From Tubiluchus corallicola (Eukaryota > Animalia > Priapulida): a DNA stretch of 64,000 bases. The translations under genes and the position numbers were made by a program. Shown here piece by piece: positions 62,306 to 64,000 of this stretch (the first letter of the stretch is position 1; every line of letters starts with the position of its first letter). Under the pieces are notes generated by a model that worked only from the letters and a program-made list of their open reading frames with translations, did not search any database and had not been told where the DNA came from. The DNA is taken from NCBI GenBank assembly GCA_030141605.1, contig JAQGDQ010000002.1:2728001-2792000 (forward strand). Reading direction: 5' to 3'.

Positions 62306-64000
62306 TTGAATGATTATTGCATGCGGTAGTATATATAAAACTATTTGGCCTAAGATAATAAAAAAGCAATGTCATTTTTATGCTAGTGTACGCTGTAGTG
62401 GGATAAGACCGAACTTACCGGATAGCAGTGAACGAGTTCACACTAATTACTAGAAATTTAGGTTGGCTGAACGATTACACTTGAAGGGAAGAGCAAAGAC
62501 ATCAATGTTATAGATGTTTGCTTAACATTTGTAACATTAATAAAATGGATTCTCTCTACATTCTACGTTTATAGAATATAGTAAACCATTAGATAATTTT
62601 GGAAACTTAAATCTTGTTATGCTGTTAACTTGTTATGATAAAGAATTTTATAGCTTTTGTAATAAACTTACATTTTTTAAAACCTGTTATTTCTTAATGC
62701 TATTTTATTGTTGCAACTCTTCTTGGTTAAATAACCTGATATTCAAGTACACTAATGCCATTATTATTATTATTAATGATTATCAAATAATGTATAAATG
62801 GTGACGTAGCGAAATTGTAGCTGAATCCTTTACCGATTATTACAGTTCATTTATTTACTCAGAGACCTAAAGCAATAGCAAAAGGTTAAGTGATAGCAGC
62901 AAAGTTATTACTATACATGTAAGATATACAAATATAGATATTTACTTATCATAAGAGAAACAAAACATGCAAAACGGAACACTGACGCTGTAAGAGATGA
63001 GATGTAATTAGGTCTCTTATAAAGCAGACAAGATGTTGGAGTAATGTACACATCGAAAGCATGAGAGAAATTTTGGCGGGTGGTAGGATTTCCGCGTTTC
63101 GTGTCGATGGAATAGTTTCGATACGGCAGGCATCACTCGTAAACCACGTTGCGGTTAGGCTTCGGTCACACCGAAAATATTAGTGAGGTATGCCTTTGAG
63201 TGTTTAATTTCCAGTGTGCCAAAGTGTATAAAACAGTACAAGTTCTATTTGGCCTGAAAGAACACAAGTATAGCTGGTTTTTAATTTACTTCTATTTCAA
63301 ATTATTACGACAAATTACAAGTGGCACTAACGTCAATAAATTGATTACGAAAATCTAGATCTGGATCATCAATTTGCTAACACATGTTCAAATCTAATAA
63401 ATCTTTAATTATCTTTATAATTTTTGTAGCCGCTTCTTAGTAGATTATATACAGCAAGCAAGAAAAACGACAATCGGTTAATTATTCTAACTTTTTATTT
63501 AGATTACTTGCATTGAAATCTAATTTCAAAAAATATAATTGCTATAACAAACTTGGAAAATTGCTCTAATAAATCTTCAGTGCATGATTTACATGACTTA
63601 TTGGATACAACACTACGAAGTGTATCATTACCACTTTTGATAAAATTTGTACAATCATATATTTAACCTATATCAAACACCCATTAAACTATAACAACTG
63701 AAACAGTCAAATTAAGTTGAACAGCCAAAACAGCGATGCTAGATTTCAGTGACGTATATAGGCCAAAATGGATGGAAATGTTTTCTTTGAATCAAGTTAA
63801 TTGCTGTAATTAGTTTTAATACCTGTATGCAGGTTATAGAATAGGTAACCTGGGCAAAGATTCAAACTGTTATGTTCAGAGCTAAACTTGTACTGGTGAA
63901 ATCATCAGTTAACGTCCTCGGCGTGAACGCATTGATATAGGTCTATATTCTTTTTATGTAAACAGGTAAGAACAGTTGAAATCATTAATTATTCTTCTCT

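Overview
AT-rich eukaryotic (invertebrate animal) genomic DNA with spliced genes; most short ORFs in the supplied track are spurious or exon fragments. Reconstructing exons by hand from splice signals and frame continuity gives nine protein-coding genes. Conserved genes: PNO1 (minus, 6 exons) head-to-head with ACAD8 (plus, 10 exons); a single-coding-exon GT92 galactosyltransferase nested antisense in ACAD8 intron 1; a secreted LRR protein; a gustatory-receptor-like 7TM protein. Secreted proteins I cannot assign to a named gene: (1) two tandem paralogues with an Arg/Gly-rich segment, a tribasic site and a shared 12-cysteine domain, mostly missed by the ORF track, one using a GC-AG intron; (2) a Gly-Tyr-rich six-EGF protein with a strongly cationic tail, apparently expanding by recent exon duplication; (3) a Cys-free Phe/Tyr/Arg/Asp-rich protein with an exon-encoded ~56-aa repeat. 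These four look like components of a secreted structural, adhesive or defence material (inference). Introns hold hAT and Tigger-like MITEs, LINE 3' remnants sharing a stem-loop, an RTE fragment and HINE-like elements. No database searches were run; family names come from recognised motifs.
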